A stretch of 18,426 nucleotides of DNA from Chthonomonas calidirosea (GTDB lineage Bacteria > Armatimonadota > Fimbriimonadia > Fimbriimonadales > Fimbriimonadaceae). The stretch is taken from positions 1 through 18,426 of the forward strand of contig CAMAPH010000049.1 of the NCBI GenBank assembly GCA_945859975.1. Reading direction: 5' to 3'. Positions 16,391-18,426 of this stretch are shown piece by piece; the stretch's first letter is position 1; each line of letters begins with the position of its first letter. The notes under the pieces are model-generated. The model was not told the origin of the DNA. It saw only the letters and a list, made by a program, of their open reading frames with translations, and made no database searches. A program made the translations under genes and the position numbers.

Positions 16391-16396
16391 AGTATA
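16391..16396 (-). promoter_or_regulatory. -10 element, probably leaderless, for the CAP gene
   Basis: Minus strand reads TATACT-N6-ATG. Confidence 0.6.
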
Positions 16397-16582
16397 GGCC
16401 GGATTTCAAGGCTTTGTACCGGATATGTGTGACAACCTAAAGCGCTACACGAATCTAGCATTTTTACGGTAAAGACCCAAAGCCGAACGATCAAACCGCC
16501 TTTCTCGTCTACAAACTGTTCGCTCCAAACCGGAGACGTCTCGCATCAAAAAATCGTCGGAGTAAAGTAGAGAGAACATAGT

Positions 16583-18426
16583 ATGAGCTCGCCTCCGAGC
16601 ACACTCGGCCAGTACCAAGTCATTCGGGAAATCGCAAGATCGAACGACATCGTTTATGAGGGTTACGATCCCCTGATGAACCGTCGCGTCGCGATCAAAG
16701 AATTGGCGATGCCGACCGGTGCGAGCACTCAGCAGCAAGAAGAGCGCCTACAACGATTCCGACGAGAAGCCCAAGCCGCCGGAACCCTGAATCACCCGAA
16801 CATCATGACGGTGTACTCCTTCGCGGAGGACGCTGGCCGAACCTTCATGGCAATGGAGTTTCTGGACGGGCACACCCTCCGAAACGAAATCGACACCAAG
16901 GGCATCATCCCGATGAACGAGGCGATCCGCATCGCCACCGACATCCTCCACGGCCTCGCCCACGCCCACAAGAAAGGCGTCATTCACCGCGACATCAAGC
17001 CGGAAAACATCCAGATCCTCTCCACCGGCGAAATTAAAATCACCGACTTCGGCATCGCACGCCTCACCTTCCAGCCGAACCTCACGATGGACGGCCAGGT
17101 CTTCGGCACCCCAAGCTACATGAGCCCGGAACAGGTGGTCGGAAAAGACATCGACGCCCGATCCGACGTGTTCAGCCTCGGCGTTGTGCTGTACGAAATG
17201 ATCGCCGGCCAAAAGCCGTTTGCGGGCGACTCCGTCGTCAGCATCACCTACGCGATCATGAACAAGGAGCCGGTTCAGCCATCGCAAATGCCCTATCGGC
17301 TCTGGCAAACCGTTCAGCGCGCCCTAGAAAAAGCTCCCGTCGCCCGGTGGGACAGCGCCGATGCCTTCATCGTTGCCATCGAAGAGGCGATGCAAAGCGG
17401 AACGGTCGACCCAAGCAACAACCCTTACCTCCAGCACGGCCTTTCCCCATCAACGTCTTCATTCTCCGTTCCCCCTCCCGTCATCGGCGTGCCCAATCCG
17501 TACGCGCAGAATCCGCATCCAGTCCACACGCCCGGCATCGTTAGTCAGCCGTACAACCCGGTCCAACCACAAAATCCGTACGCCGCTGCGCCACCCCTCG
17601 GCGGATACACCCAGCAGCCCTACGGTGCTGCCCCCTATCCAGGCGCAAACTACCCCGGTGCCAACAGCTATCCCGGCGCATCTTATCCTGGCGCAACGTA
17701 CCCAGGCGCTCCATATCCGAACACCAGCTATCCGGGCCAAACCCAAACGCCCTACGGCCAAACGTCCATGCCCCCGCCCGGGCCGCTGCCGACCTACTTC
17801 CCGCCGCCGCCACGCAAGCCGCTAGTAAGCCCAGAAACCGCCGCCTTCTTTAAGCGCCTGTTCCTGACCTTCCTGCTGGTCGGAACTGTACTCGCTCTCG
17901 TCACCGTCGCTGTGCAAGCCATTGCGACCGCGTGGCAGCGCTACGCCGCGGAAGACCAAGACCGACAGCTCATCGTCCAAGCCCGCCAGCAAGACGCCCG
18001 GATCCCCGTGGAAGAGCGCATCCAAACCCTCGAAGGGCTCCGCGGCCGCGTGCAAAGCGACACGATGAAGGACGAAATCAAGCGAAACCTCGCCGTCCTT
18101 TATGAAGAGCTCGGACGCAAGCACATCGCAAACAATCAGGACCCGCAGGCCGAATCTGCCTACATCCGTGCCAGCGCGCTGGACAAGAACAACTCTGCCC
18201 TGGCCTCAAACCTCGCGAGCCTCTACCAAACGCGCGCCCTTGCCGAGCCTCAGCCGAACCAACGAATCCTGCTACTCAACCAATCAGGAGAGCAATGGGA
18301 GATCGCCGGAAAGGCCGAAAGAGATTCCCAAAAGCGAACCGAGTACCTGAACCAGGCCGCCCTCGTGTACTTCACCGCCGCCACCGAAACCAAAAACCTC
18401 GGCGACCCCAGCCAGTACTCGCGCGC
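16583..18426 (+). CDS. Membrane-bound Hanks-type Ser/Thr protein kinase with Pro/Tyr-rich linker, TM helix and TPR-like ectodomain (3' truncated by the window)
   Basis: Not in the ORF track. Hand-translated from ATG 16583 and open to the window end: VAIK, RF.REA...G.LNHPNI, HRDIKPEN (from 16985), DFG (17045), GTPSYMSPEQ, SDVFSLG, TM LFLTFLLVGTVLALVTVAV (about 17858-17914), then NLAVLYEELG...A..LD..N.....NLA.LY. Confidence 0.95.
   Translation, partial: MSSPPSTLGQYQVIREIARSNDIVYEGYDPLMNRRVAIKELAMPTGASTQQQEERLQRFRREAQAAGTLNHPNIMTVYSFAEDAGRTFMAMEFLDGHTLRNEIDTKGIIPMNEAIRIATDILHGLAHAHKKGVIHRDIKPENIQILSTGEIKITDFGIARLTFQPNLTMDGQVFGTPSYMSPEQVVGKDIDARSDVFSLGVVLYEMIAGQKPFAGDSVVSITYAIMNKEPVQPSQMPYRLWQTVQRALEKAPVARWDSADAFIVAIEEAMQSGTVDPSNNPYLQHGLSPSTSSFSVPPPVIGVPNPYAQNPHPVHTPGIVSQPYNPVQPQNPYAAAPPLGGYTQQPYGAAPYPGANYPGANSYPGASYPGATYPGAPYPNTSYPGQTQTPYGQTSMPPPGPLPTYFPPPPRKPLVSPETAAFFKRLFLTFLLVGTVLALVTVAVQAIATAWQRYAAEDQDRQLIVQARQQDARIPVEERIQTLEGLRGRVQSDTMKDEIKRNLAVLYEELGRKHIANNQDPQAESAYIRASALDKNNSALASNLASLYQTRALAEPQPNQRILLLNQSGEQWEIAGKAERDSQKRTEYLNQAALVYFTAATETKNLGDPSQYSR
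17636..17740 (+). repeat. In-frame tandem YPG(A/Q)x peptide repeat inside the kinase
   Basis: YPGAN-YPGANS-YPGAS-YPGAT-YPGAP-YPNTS-YPGQ. Units of 15-18 nt with varied synonymous codons. Confidence 0.9.

Noticed and set aside
17636..17740. CRISPR array or phase-variable DNA repeat
   Set aside because: Units are in-frame, degenerate at third codon positions and have no spacers. It is a peptide repeat.

Overview
Chromosomal window, mostly high-GC, with no integrase, transposase, reverse transcriptase, CRISPR array, rRNA or tRNA visible. The PEP-CTERM style, GspG-tail paralogs and leaderless-type promoters suggest Armatimonadota/Fimbriimonadaceae, but this is inference only. In order: a secreted hypothetical protein; three tandem ~450-aa membrane-anchored paralogs with a GspG/T2SSG-like C-terminal domain; a discoidin + double beta-helix (GH55-like) glycan enzyme; a minus-strand operon cupin -> metY -> CoA-binding protein; a ~500-bp intergenic region holding a 98-nt rod-like UUCG-capped hairpin; a degenerate and a canonical PEP-CTERM gene; an orphan NarL-type regulator; an orphan OppD/DppD ATPase; two REP-like palindromes; prpB-prpC; a CAP-domain secreted protein; and a 3'-truncated receptor Ser/Thr kinase that the ORF track misses. 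Top leads: (1) the cupin closely resembles the MTXu-5P methylsulfurylase of the MTA-isoprenoid shunt and sits in an apparent operon with a potential methanethiol-recapturing MetY; (2) the unassigned structured RNA candidate at 9842-9939; (3) the mosaic paralog array; (4) the kinase, which has a glycine-free P-loop and a galectin-3-like YPG repeat.
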